Below, one piece after another: positions 10,001-20,373 of a stretch of 64,000 bases of DNA. Position numbers and translations under genes: made by a program. The stretch's first letter is position 1; every line of letters starts with the position of its first letter. The stretch comes from Seison nebaliae (taxonomy: Eukaryota), in assembly GCA_023231475.1 (NCBI GenBank), contig JALJEE010003011.1, forward strand, positions 13,566 to 77,565. Direction: 5' to 3'. The notes beneath the pieces were generated by a model. It had not been told where the DNA came from. It ran no database searches and saw only the letters and a list, made by a program, of their open reading frames with translations.

Positions 10001-12294
10001 TCAACAACAAATTGGGTGGTATGCGAATTTGTGAGGAATATAATGGTTTGGAATATGAAGTATTAGAAGTGCAAAAAGTGAGAATTCAATTAGTTCGAGC
10101 GAAAACGGCGAAATTGATAAAAGAAGCGCCGTTCTCTATAAAAATGAAATTGGAAAAATTGACGAAATTGAAATTGATAACGGAGAAGGAGCGACGGAAT
10201 TATTTGTTGGAGAAAAAAGGAAAAGTAAAAAAGAATAAGATAATGAAAGAGAAGAAATTAGGAGAAAAAGATACGACGATTACAAAGAAGAAATTGTCCA
10301 GTCAAAATCGAAGGAAAAAAGAAATTGAAAAGAAGAAATCAATTCCTCTAACTATACCAAGAACTAGAGCTGCGTATCGAAGAGAGAAATTAGTCGGTCG
10401 TCCTGACATGAAAGAAGAGAAAGTAAAAAAAGTGATACCGAAAATACCACTCATTCAAAGACGATCTAATCGTTTACGACGTCCAACGGAAAAATCTCAA
10501 GAAATGGAAAATGCTAAAAAATCGAAACAACAACAACAACAACAACAACCACCACCATCATTACCAGTATCAAGTGAATCGAAAGAGAAAATTGTGGAGA
10601 AGAAAGTGATGAAGAGATCGAAGAAAGATAAGAAGAAGAAGGAAGTTGGAAAGAAACGAAATAGATCCAAATCGAAAGTGAAATGTAAAGGGAAATTGAA
10701 GGAGAGAAGTGAAAGTAAAAATAAATCGAAAAAATTGAAGAATGAAAAGAAGAAAATGATAAAAGAGAAGAAGAAACGAGAGAAATCGTTAAAGAAGAAA
10801 AGGGAACATAGCAAATATGCAATTTTCGATCGGATGAATATTCAAGTGAGATTTTTGGAATATCTTCGCGGAATGGAAAAATCATTGGGAACGGAATATG
10901 ACGATTCTGTGTATTCATTCAAAAGATTTCTAATCGATTATTCTATCGATATCAAACGATTAAGTGTAGACGAGATAAATCGAATGAAGAACCAATTCCA
11001 TAATATGATTTTATGGAAATCACAAGAAGATGGAAAAGGAACGACAAATAAACGTTTATCAGATGAAACAATCACTCGATTTATGGGAGAACGTGAATGT
11101 TATTCGACTATTGTTCATCAAAAGATTTTCTTCCATAGAAAACAAAAGAAATATTTTAATGTGAAACATATGTCCCAAATGGAATCACTTCTTGGACGAT
11201 TGGAGGATATGTTTTGTCGTCAATACAAACATGAAATGTTCCGTGTAACTGGAATGGGAAATGGAAGTAAGGAGAGACGAGCGATATTGGAACCATTCTT
11301 CCTTCATATGTCTGAATTGGTCACATATATTTATTCATCTGATCTTTCTCTTCTACACAAATCCAATAATAAATATAGTTATCAATTGGAGCATATTCAT
11401 ATTAATTTATATCTTATATTTCTTCGATTTGAAAAATTGTATGAACGTCTCATTGAAATTGAGAATGATGAAAATGTTCATTATTTGAGACAATTGAAAC
11501 ATGTTTGTCGAATGATGTTAATGGAAACGAGTTCTCATGCAGCTGTCGTTAAAAAATGTCGAATGAAATTATTATTCAATCCAATCGATAATCCTAAAAT
11601 GATGATGTCCACCATCCTATTCTTAGAAGCGGGAATGAGTAATCGTCAAATGGCAAATTTCAGTTGTTTCGGTTTAGATAATGATAAGAAGTTATTGAAT
11701 AATTTGAAGGAATTAAAAGGAATTAAATCGAATTTATTGGAACCGAAATTAATTCCCATAAATAAAACGGTAGATGAAATAAGAGAAATGAAATCACCTT
11801 CCTCACTTCTAAATGTGTCAACAAAAGTACCAAGACGAGTTTATCCTCTCCCCACTTATTATGAACCTCATGATCTTCATAAAATTATGAGATATACACA
11901 AATGCCAACACAAATTGCCCCACTTCCACCCACAACACCCCAACAAATAATGAAGACAAGTCGTCGCTCCAAGAAACATGATAGTGGTTCGAAACGAATT
12001 CCTTCCGATGTATCTGGAAGTAAACGAACTTCTAAAAGAACAAGAACATCTCATGGAAAGACAATTTCACCAGCTAATCCTGATAATGATCTGAATGCAG
12101 AAGTTTCCAGTTCTTCAAATGTTACACGGAAACGTAAGAAAAATTCAGATCCGAAATTGAAGGACAACAAATTATCTCGTCGAGGCAATGAAGGACAAGT
12201 CGACTCACCAGCGGCGACAAAAGAAGAAAGAGAAATGGTTGGTGTACACGAAGAACCGACAAACGACGAAATGGTTTTCCAACCGATAATATAA
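7018..12294 (+). CDS. LIN9: LIN9/Mip130/ALY-like DIRP-domain protein (DREAM/MuvB core subunit homolog), greatly expanded to 1758 aa by lysine-rich and low-complexity inserts; intronless
   Basis: ATG at 7018. The N-terminal region reads 'GNARRCSQSFFMEEKKLLYEKRKKVRALQQRKISE...DLGERIPVPLVIGNKVIARTRGTNTKEIGFFNGTIRAVDTVDNTYRIEFDKVTLGTRTICDLDV'. From memory this matches the LIN9 DIRP/Tudor-like block ('GKPRRCS.AFFEEER...KIRLLQQRK...IPLPLVIGTKVTAR...GQIDAVDTLNATYRVTFDR.GLGTHTIPD'). The rest is K/E-rich low complexity with (CAA)8 and poly-K stretches. The match rests on recall, not a search. Confidence 0.5.
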   Translation: MIDDKVFDKDRLCNSATASLRQNSSLNFIANEWFIPNTDVTLVDQRSDYQACLHEDFPLLNQRLLYQKEWYFIRCLLGNARRCSQSFFMEEKKLLYEKRKKVRALQQRKISESKFEDFKDLGERIPVPLVIGNKVIARTRGTNTKEIGFFNGTIRAVDTVDNTYRIEFDKVTLGTRTICDLDVRLNEFALEYMMIKNFLRKHRFYKTTANVPLTESSLHDLRPNRERKHRQQLQLQHGRRNRGRMSSNNKHSSHRHHRPKSPQEEEVVVEDKDNSDEDTAIKHFRNAMPMMIKLRMNGDKLGPYPFTFLLLVVRWARAIEMKHRYIRLMKEVNDECEMMSSFHIPLENRHATKLMNLVRNSGRLNRDIRSFSPNIKPFLDNVFIYYREKYPHYEQPAISNSMRMQFSPSFLAPNPNLLNPHLNPNNSMMKYTASGQLVPSGTPLRRQGHYQILGNSMQHSRHQQMHMRQDLMGKDILTNYNYDPLTFSHYFYKNGEFVIDIGKEHPNYHFKIDMNLLHSMSLNELYLNGENYDKLMNVVDSSGEMETMEKDEEKSNEENSLYEEDHQRTAIFTASELYERNINECRQDILYYLRSHQHLQLSTTVVELISRLSGLFYTLGDISSSKILKNRTTVGSAGAMNVFNTEILSMLKSLGYRRCMRFFKNVIISKFKSLTKASLHYGSLFASFMEPTMVLMENETEMIDKSDWSQLYESQPSSKLESIRQSLELKAIWDLFLDFFITAEVEKITMTPPAINASVEMFMSKMSPMNYQERLRYVISGKMNMVRAAILSRLFNYDQIKILLRILSFNSVNRIYFDEELLARADLFSDYQRLKLECRMNYWTNYSILRINRLQPIYREISRRKRMNESMAIDYCMTVRRQLNGEEWYILRKIESLKQKELHGQTMKKIKNLKIKDESVMKSNMKSKKIKEDLKKKKKKENKKQIPYESVRLRSIILDALNPVELATREEVNNYLHKETSISLMEMRDNEWNPLNNKLGGMRICEEYNGLEYEVLEVQKVRIQLVRAKTAKLIKEAPFSIKMKLEKLTKLKLITEKERRNYLLEKKGKVKKNKIMKEKKLGEKDTTITKKKLSSQNRRKKEIEKKKSIPLTIPRTRAAYRREKLVGRPDMKEEKVKKVIPKIPLIQRRSNRLRRPTEKSQEMENAKKSKQQQQQQQPPPSLPVSSESKEKIVEKKVMKRSKKDKKKKEVGKKRNRSKSKVKCKGKLKERSESKNKSKKLKNEKKKMIKEKKKREKSLKKKREHSKYAIFDRMNIQVRFLEYLRGMEKSLGTEYDDSVYSFKRFLIDYSIDIKRLSVDEINRMKNQFHNMILWKSQEDGKGTTNKRLSDETITRFMGERECYSTIVHQKIFFHRKQKKYFNVKHMSQMESLLGRLEDMFCRQYKHEMFRVTGMGNGSKERRAILEPFFLHMSELVTYIYSSDLSLLHKSNNKYSYQLEHIHINLYLIFLRFEKLYERLIEIENDENVHYLRQLKHVCRMMLMETSSHAAVVKKCRMKLLFNPIDNPKMMMSTILFLEAGMSNRQMANFSCFGLDNDKKLLNNLKELKGIKSNLLEPKLIPINKTVDEIREMKSPSSLLNVSTKVPRRVYPLPTYYEPHDLHKIMRYTQMPTQIAPLPPTTPQQIMKTSRRSKKHDSGSKRIPSDVSGSKRTSKRTRTSHGKTISPANPDNDLNAEVSSSSNVTRKRKKNSDPKLKDNKLSRRGNEGQVDSPAATKEEREMVGVHEEPTNDEMVFQPII

Positions 12295-12638
12295 TTGAAT
12301 ATTTGAAGAAAAAAAAAAGGCAAAAAAATTATTAACGAAAAAAATTTGTTTTATTTCTTTCTGAAAAATTTTAATGTTTGTAAATTTTTCTCATTTCCTT
12401 CTACATAAATTCTTATAATCATCAAAGAACGTTTCACTTTTTTAATTTTAGTAAATTCTTTTCTTTTAATTTCATTTTCTTTTGATTTAATCAAATTTCC
12501 TCTCTCACAAACATTTCATCTAAACACATTTTTTATTTCATCATAAAAGAAGAATTTCCATTATTCTTTTTCTCATTTTTTTCTCTCATCTCGTTGAAAT
12601 GATGAGCTTCAATTATTTCAATTAACTGAAGTAAGAAG

Positions 12639-12898
12639 ATGCATCGGAATGCTTTATACGATAAGTTACATTACGTTTCTACTCGACTGTTGTTTGGTGG
12701 CACAGTAGCTGTTACTGGATTCATCGCATTCTATGGCTACAAATATATGACAGGTAATTTCTTCTTTTATTTCATCATTCATTTAATGGAATTGATTTGG
12801 TAGAAGGAAGATATATTATTGAAGAAAATCGACGAAAGAAACGTGAAGATGAAATGATAAAACGACAAATAGAAATGGAGAATGCTGAATTGAAATAA
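12639..12898 (+). CDS. Small single-pass membrane protein, two exons: join(12639..12753,12804..12898), 69 aa. Possibly a COA3/CCDC56-like mitochondrial assembly factor.
   Basis: ATG at 12639. Exon 1 ends '...ACA G|gtaatttc'. The intron is 50 nt (12754..12803, GT...AG). Exon 2 is in phase and ends TAA at 12896-12898. The product is 'MHRNALYDKLHYVSTRLLFGGTVAVTGFIAFYGYKYMTG|EGRYIIEENRRKKREDEMIKRQIEMENAELK'. It has one TM helix with a Y-G-Y motif and then a charged helix. This architecture resembles COA3 ('...LAIYGYTFYS...ERFLDELEDEAK'). Family assignment is tentative. Confidence 0.4.
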
Positions 12899-12903
12899 AT
12901 CGA

Positions 12904-13689
12904 TTAATCCATATCATCTTCTTCATGGATCTTGAATAATTCATTACATCCACTCTCGTCAAAATGGAAATGTTTTTGTAAGAAGTTCTTCATCTCCCAA
13001 AATACTTCTATTTTTTTCAAAGTTAATTAAAATTTAGAAAAGAATAAAATTTTTCTTCAAACCATCAAAAATATCGATATTCTCTTCCAACTCTTTCAAT
13101 TGATAACGATTCATTTCTTCTTTTTGGAAACGTTCAAGCTCTTCCATTTTTCCTTCCAATTCCTTCAAACGTTCCTCCACTTTTTTCATTTCCTGCTCCT
13201 GTTTCTTTAAAGATTTCTAAAAAAAATTTTGAGAATTTTGTGAAAAGTTTTGTGAAAAAAATATTAGTTGTGAGAAAACTTTGTCGATATTTTTTATTAA
13301 TTGTTTCCGCTCTCTTATTTCGTCTTCCAACGTTTCTAATTCGCTTTTTAAATTTTCGTTTACAACATTCTCATATATTACCTGATTTTCTAACTAAAAA
13401 GTGAAATTTTTTTAATGAAAAAATTATTGAGATAAAAAAAGTTGGAGGAGACCTGTTTCTTGACGTTAGTTGCCCAATAGTAATTTGATGTACCAATTTT
13501 CTCGCATCTTATCAAATTCGTATCGATTAATTCATTTAGAAGATCTTTCGTAAGGAATGGATTGATTCGTTTATCTTTCTTTATTAAACTCTCAATTTCT
13601 TTCAATTGGAAGAAATCGTTCGATTTCCGAATCAAATCGAATAATATCTCTTTCTTCTCATCATTACTCAATTTACCTTTCCTCACCAT
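12904..13689 (-). CDS. MND1: MND1 (meiotic nuclear division protein 1, HOP2-MND1 complex). Four exons: complement(join(12904..13007,13063..13216,13280..13393,13453..13689)), 202 aa.
   Basis: ATG at 13689-13687. Exon 1 encodes '[79 protein letters not shown]'. This aligns with human MND1 '[74 protein letters not shown]'. Introns are 59, 63 and 55 nt, all GT-AG, and phases are consistent. The coiled-coil exons follow ('...NLKSELETLEDEIRERKQLIKNIDK', 'KSLKKQEQEMKKVEERLKELEGKMEELERFQKEE...'). The C-terminus 'VFWEMKNFLQKHFHFDESGCNELFKIHEEDDMD*' resembles human '...[30 protein letters not shown]'. Total length 202 aa versus 205 aa in human. Confidence 0.85.
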
Positions 13690-14396
13690 TCTAACAATTC
13701 GTTTCGAACTTAATAAAAGTTTAAAATATTTTTCAAATGGTCAAAAACACACGTGAAAGTTGATTGAATAAGAATAAAATGAAATTTAATTTTCAAATTG
13801 ACATCATAATTTCTTTCATAAGACAAAGGAGAAAAATGTGTATTTGAACAGACGAAATGAAAATAGAGAATGATAGAAAATATTTTATTTTTTTTCAAAA
13901 GACACAACTATTCTTTCTCATACATTCCCCTCTCCCAACTTATTGAAGATTGAAATTTGCAGATTTGATCTGTGTATTTGTATTGCGAGTTCGTTTATGT
14001 AATTTCCGATCTAGAAACAAATAAATATAAATGTGGCAATTTGATAATTAACATTGAGTGAGAAAGTTTTTCGATTTTTCTTTTGATTTCCTCTTACTCT
14101 TCTTCATATCGATTTGACGAATATCAGTTTCATTCGATTTTTTACGCTGTCGATGTAATTCATTGACGAAAACTTCGTTGAAGTGAATTTCTTTATTTTT
14201 GTTCAGAATGAGAGTTGACAGGTCTCTGGAAATGGGAAGAATTAAAATTTAAGAGAAAGAAGAGAAAAGGAACGGATCTAATTTATAGTGCGATTTAATT
14301 GTTGTTGTTTGGAAGACGCTCTTGATATTCACATTGAGAATTTGGCAAATGCGAAAAAGGAATTTCGACAAATCTTTTTCTTTGTTCGTATAAAAA

Positions 14397-15791
14397 TTAA
14401 AAGTGATCTAATCGTAAGATAAGTAATAGAATATTGTGAGAGTGAGAGATAACTGGTCTTAATTTGACGTTGGAAAGAAAATTAAAAATTATGGGTAATT
14501 CATTGAGAAGGAATTGATGGTAATTAGTTGAGAGTCGGAAAGAGTTTTCATTATTTTTCGATTGAATCAAATTCAAATGAGATTTCTTCACTTGTTGAGC
14601 GATCTGTCTAAGTTGTTCGGCTTCTTTATATTCCATTCCGTAAACATTTTTCGTGGAGAATCCCAAAATCAACTTCATGAGATGTTTGAGATAAATAGAT
14701 CGATTGTCAATGGAAAGAAATTGGAAGAAATGAGAATAAATCGAGAAGAGATTCGTAAAATCGAAAGTCAATTTCATTGAATATTTCGTAATTTTTCCAT
14801 AATTGTCAAATAATCCGTAAAGGAAGATATTGGTGAGATGGAAATCAGTTAATTTCATATTATGTAAATTATTTTCATTTTCATCATTTTCACCATCTTC
14901 ATCGTCGTCTGGAAATGATGTAACAATATCAGATAATGCTCCAAATTGTATCTGATTAATACAGGAACGTATATCATGATTATATTCTTCACATAGACGA
15001 CGTAAACGTTCGTCAATGTCAGATGTTGATGGAACATTCTCCGCCGTCAGAATATCTTTCAAATGGTCAATTAATCGTTCTGAAGGAATTGAATGGAAAG
15101 GAAATATTTCAGATTTCGTTCGAATATTTCTCAGATTGTTTGAATATAAATTATTCGCTATAAAAATAATGGGGATGATTTGCGATTGTTTTGTATTCGA
15201 TGATTTCTTTTCATGATATTTCAATAAGATTTGCATCGTCTGTGCAGATAATGTGTCACATTCATCAATAATTAAACATCGTCTAATTTGACTGTTATAT
15301 AATGATTGACATCCAATCGACATTAACCATACCTTTATGGAAGATGGCGTTCTATCATCACATGCCGATAATATCGACACTTCATATTTGCAATGACGGC
15401 AAATTATTTCGAGCGCTGTCGTTTTCCCACAACCGATCGGACCATGAACCAAAATGAAATCTTTTCGATTCTTACTTAACAGATTCTTCGCAATTAATCG
15501 ATTATTCATTTCATTTGTAATTAAATCAATAAATTTTGATGGACGATATTTTCTGATCCATAATCCATCAGTTTTCATCTGATATGGTTTCTTCTCAATC
15601 TTTTTCAAATCATTTATCGTCACATCGAATAAATTCAAAGGAGTCTCTTCAATTGATTCAATTTCATTTAATTTTTTTATGGAATTCTTATTGTTCAATT
15701 CATCAATTGCAACTAACGTTCCATTACCAGTGGTTAAAGTTGTGAAGGAATTAAGAAAAACATCATCGAAATCGGTCCGAAATCTTTTCAT
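14397..15791 (-). CDS. RAD17: RAD17/Rad24-like checkpoint clamp-loader subunit (RFC-like AAA+ ATPase), 464 aa, intronless
   Basis: ATG at 15791-15789. The RFC box II-like and Walker A block reads 'LWIRKYRPSKFIDL...ILVHGPIGCGKTTALEIICRH'. Human RAD17 has 'PWVDKYKPETQHEL...ILLITGPPGCGKTTTLKIL'. The Cys in GCGKTT is typical of Rad17. Walker B is 'CLIIDECD'. Downstream 'IIFIANNLY' and 'DIRSCINQIQFG' match RAD17 'LIFIISDSL' and 'DIRSAINSLQFS'. Confidence 0.8.
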   Translation of the reverse strand: MKRFRTDFDDVFLNSFTTLTTGNGTLVAIDELNNKNSIKKLNEIESIEETPLNLFDVTINDLKKIEKKPYQMKTDGLWIRKYRPSKFIDLITNEMNNRLIAKNLLSKNRKDFILVHGPIGCGKTTALEIICRHCKYEVSILSACDDRTPSSIKVWLMSIGCQSLYNSQIRRCLIIDECDTLSAQTMQILLKYHEKKSSNTKQSQIIPIIFIANNLYSNNLRNIRTKSEIFPFHSIPSERLIDHLKDILTAENVPSTSDIDERLRRLCEEYNHDIRSCINQIQFGALSDIVTSFPDDDEDGENDENENNLHNMKLTDFHLTNIFLYGLFDNYGKITKYSMKLTFDFTNLFSIYSHFFQFLSIDNRSIYLKHLMKLILGFSTKNVYGMEYKEAEQLRQIAQQVKKSHLNLIQSKNNENSFRLSTNYHQFLLNELPIIFNFLSNVKLRPVISHSHNILLLILRLDHF

Positions 15792-17587
15792 CGGAAAATA
15801 GTTGGAATAAAATTGAAATCATTTGGCTAATATTCAAATGAATTTTATGACACTCATTAGTTTCATTAGAGTAAAAAATTTTTAATTGGAGCGACTACTT
15901 TAATTTAAGCGTTTTCCTTAATATTCTAGAACGGTTAATTAAATTGTTAACCTTTCTTCATTTCTAATTATAGTTTTAATGAGGAAGAATAGGAATTGAA
16001 TTAAATTTCTATTCTGCTTCAGACGAATTTCACAATTTTTTCGAATGTCGAATAAGTTTAAAATTTAATTTGATTTGTTATTTTTTTTGATGTCCTTCGA
16101 TTTTGTTTTATTTTTATTTATTAGTAATAAGTTATTATAGAAATGATATCACTCTGTGAGAAGGATATGTAGTTCTTTTGGAAATGGAATCGTGTAGGAA
16201 TGAGAACGATTGTAAGAATAATGATTTCTTCTTTCCAACAACATTTTGGAATGAGAAAAAAAATTTGAGGAACGTGAATAACGAGCTAGTTAGGAGAAAT
16301 GAAAATTGTTCATGTGTTCTCCTATTCAATTTCATTGTTGTTGATGAAATGAGAAGATCGTAAATATTCTTCGAATGGAGTCATTAAAAGTTCATAAAAT
16401 GATTGCATCTGGTGAAGAAGAAATGTCAAAAGGAAGAGAATGAATGGGAATTTTATTGAGGGAGATCTTGTTTCGCGCTTTCTTTTCTTTAATCGAAATG
16501 CGAAATATAAAGATTGGATGTGATGCTTTCTCGGCAAATGTGACATGACTAAATAAGAACGATAGTTCGGAAAACATTATTCCAAAGGAGAACTAGTTTT
16601 TTTGGAGTTTCGTCTCCTTCCCAACGGAGAATTCAGGTAGTGATTGTACTGAGGAGGAAAAAGTTAACGATCGTCGTTTAGACAACAGAAAGAACATTGT
16701 GCTCTTTCGATTTTGTTGTTGAGAAGATGGAGAGGAATGGAAAGAACTAAGAAATTTACCATTTATTTGAGAAAAGAAGATGCAATGTGAATACATAAAC
16801 ATTATTTCACAATCGTCTGATAGTTGAAGTTTTGGGGAGAAAATGAAGAATTCTTTCTAAATTCTTTCATAGGAAAAAAGAAATCTCATAAACGACTTGT
16901 CATCTCATCGAGTCGTAGCAGATGAGTATAAATGTAGATCATCTTTTCTTTAATCATCAGAAATAATAAGATTCTCCTTAATCTTCGTTCGACTTCGGCT
17001 CTTGTTATTTTGGAGTATTTGTTGATCACACTTTTCTCATTAGAGGAATATTCGATGGTTTCTCATGATACAATTCGACAATCAAAACTCGATTTAACAA
17101 GAGCCCAACTCTCTACGAAATCTTCTCCAATGTCATATTTATTCAATAAATTATATTTACTTCCCATATCATCTCAATCCCATACCTTTATCATCATCAT
17201 TTATATCATCAATTTCAATCTAAAATTTTCCTTCGAATTTTAATGTCATTTTTCATTTTTTATAAAATTATTAATCCAAATAAATTTTAATTTAATAAAA
17301 TGAAGATTTTTTAATATTCTCTTAGAATTATAGAAATTTGAAATGATTTCATGAAAATTTTAAAATTAATTTATTGTTCGATGGTTTCTGGAAGTTGTCG
17401 AATGGAAGAGAAAAAATATTTTATATTAAGTTCAAAATTCACAAAAATCGATGTATAACGATAGAGTGAAGAATATTTACAAAGGGAGTAGATGAAGGAA
17501 TTTCTGATGGAAATAAATCGTTGGAAAAAGAATATTCTGTTAAGTTCTATCAGTAACATCTGTTCCAGATTTGAAGAATGAAAATGG

Positions 17588-18143
17588 TTAATGTTGATGA
17601 CCTCGAATGAATTCGGAGTATAATTTCCTTCGCTCGAATTTCTCCTTTTCGAAATCATATCCATAATTGCCTTGAATGAAATTCCTGCGACGTTTCTCTT
17701 CCGTTTCCCTTAAATTGTCCTTGTTCATTCCATCTTCTTTGGAGAGATCAGATCGATGACGTGGATGTCGAGTGAGATTCTTTTGTTGGAGGAGTTGATT
17801 CGTATAAGAATTTGGTTTTCCATTAATTTGAAATAATTTCGGTTTGGTCATTAGACTTCCTCCTTTCTCTTCAATTTGAACGATCTTCGATCTGTTATAT
17901 TTCTTCCCATAAATCTTTTGATAATTCGCTTCCAACATTTGTGCATTTTTCTTATTTCGTCGAATCATGTCGCTATCGGTGAAATGTGGTTGAGTAAATG
18001 GGCTAACTTTCAATTCCTGCATCGAATTCGATATATATTTGGGTAATAAATGAGTCGAAATATTCGTCCGATATGGCTGAGATGGTGTTACATATTTGTG
18101 GTGTTGTTGGTCTTTTGTTATCATCTGATTCTTTTGCAAATGA

Positions 18144-18175
<32 letters not shown>

Positions 18176-18646
18176 GGGATAAGATACTTTTGATTTATGA
18201 TAATGATTCGGTCGATCAGTAAGAATGTTTTCATTTAGTGGCCGTTTGTTATTTGTTATCGATTTATATGAATTGATATTATTGTCACTAATTCCATAAT
18301 AATTTCTTTTGTTTGTGGATTTATCTTTCGATTTGTTTGAAGTATTCACATTCTTGTTGGGGAGAATATTGGGAAGAAAAGTATATTGATTCTTCTTCAA
18401 ATTCTTCTTTCGTTGTCTATTCGCTATTTGGAGTTGAGGGTTTGAATGAACGGCAGCAACCTTAAGTTGACCGAATGTCCAGCGGAGATTGGCCGATGAA
18501 TCGGAATCATCGTCCGAATGGACAGATAGTAAGGAAGAATTGTTAGACGAGGGAGTGGAGGAAGGTTGTGGAGAGAGTTCGGATCCAATAGATATGACAC
18601 TAGTGTATTCGACGAATGTCGGCGTTTCACATGAAATTCGTCTCAT
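17588..18646 (-). CDS. Hypothetical S/N/Q-rich low-complexity protein with a (CAA)11 poly-Q tract, 352 aa
   Basis: ATG at 18646-18644. The ORF is uninterrupted, with coding-like codon bias. A poly-Q run is encoded by the reverse complement of the (ttg)n stretch at 18141-18175. No recognisable domain. It may belong to a larger spliced gene, since the adjacent ORF 17371..17664 is in another frame. Confidence 0.4.
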
Positions 18647-20373
18647 AAGAGGAGGAGTTTATTATGAATAGGTCAGCAAATGAATTGGAGTGAATAAAGT
18701 TGGAGGAATTTGTGAGTGAATTCTCCTTCACATAAAAGATCCTCTCACCATTTAGAAGTTTGAAGAAAGGATTTGTATAAATAACGGGAAAATACTTTAG
18801 AAGATTGATTGAAGATGAAAAAAATGGTCATCACAATAAATAGTTCACTCTCATCGATCGTTTTACCCGACACTCGATCTTCTACCAATTGCATTCGTGA
18901 TTGATGAAGAATGCTCAATTAGAATGTTGGAATTATTCATTGAATTTTTATTGATCGAAATGAGATTATATTAAATTATTTTTATTGAAAAATAACAATT
19001 TCTTCCCACCTTCTCAAAATTTTTTCCTCTACTTTCTCCTTCTCTTCCACACATTCGAAATGGATTATTCTTCCATTTATCCACTTCTTCTACCTCCCCT
19101 ACCTTCAAGATGAAGAGAGCAATGTCGATTTAATTCTTCTTCTGTTTTATTAAGGTTCTTCAAGTAACTCTATTAATCAATCATTCCCGCCAATTATTAC
19201 AAAAAGATTTCTATCGTATTATTCGCGAATAAAACGATGAAAAGCGAAACATGTTCCGTGGCAACTTGAGAAACAAGTTGACGGTAGAAATTATGTATAA
19301 TTCCACATACACAAACTACATCGTCCAACTATCAAAAATCGAAGAGCAACGAAGTTCCAAGTTTATTCTCGGGAAATAGAGGTCATATTTCCTTAATTAG
19401 AGGTGGGTGGCTCAGTCTCCTTTATGCCAACATCTAACATTTATACAATTTGTAAAATTGACTGTTCAATTCCATCGGCCATTATGTTCCATTCCATTTA
19501 TGTCATATTTCAAATCACTATTCTCCTCCACTTACGAAACTTACTCCGATTTCTTACTAGTTATCCCCTCTCTACTCTCAAGCAAATTAGACAAAGTCTC
19601 CATCATGTTTAATCGACACTGTACGAATGTAACTAACTAGGTAACTAAAAGAATGGAACTATAATTTTTCCGCTTTACGATAAGTTAATTGACAATTCTT
19701 CTAACCTAAATATATCCACTACTCTTTTCTTCCAATATTTGTTCGTCGATTAGAAGTGACGTTAATTAATAAGTTTTAGAATAATATTCCAAACTCAACA
19801 AAATACTCAGGAGAATTGTAAATTGCCTAATATTTTTCATAAAAATTTGATTTGAAAGAAACTTAATTTTATGAATTCCACAAAATGGAATTTAATCAGA
19901 TTTAATTAATTAAATTAACAATCTAATTTTCTCTATTTTAATTGCGAAAGAATTGAAAAATGAAACCCTTAAAATATTTTAATATTCAAAAAATAGAGAA
20001 GGATATTGTTGATTGAGAAAAAGAAAATAAACTTCGAAATTTACTTTAAATCGTCGGAAGAGATTGGAGAATTGCAGATGGAGAGAATAAACAATTTTGA
20101 TAGAATAAATTTTATATAATTGAACGAATGCTTTCGATTTAGATATATTTCAAAAGGAAATTCCATCAGATATCGAAGAAAGAAAATTATTTGGAAGAAA
20201 TGTTGCTGGTTGTCATCGTAACGAACATTAGAAATAAAGACGCACAATTTTTTTAAGAAATCGTATAATTTGATTTTATTGAGGAGATTTAGAATTAATT
20301 GGATATCGCCAATATGAATCCATCAGATGTTAGTAGAATTCAATTCAATTTCTCATTTCATTTTCGAATCTGA

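Noticed and set aside
10497-10918. Antisense ORFs inside large genes (e.g. 10497..10918 within LIN9; 28126..28509 and 29925..30608 within the giant gene; 52438..52935 within TEP1)
   Set aside because: They are mirror images of low-complexity coding repeats (poly-Q/K/D/E reading as poly-L/F/S/V on the other strand). They are explained by the sense-strand gene.
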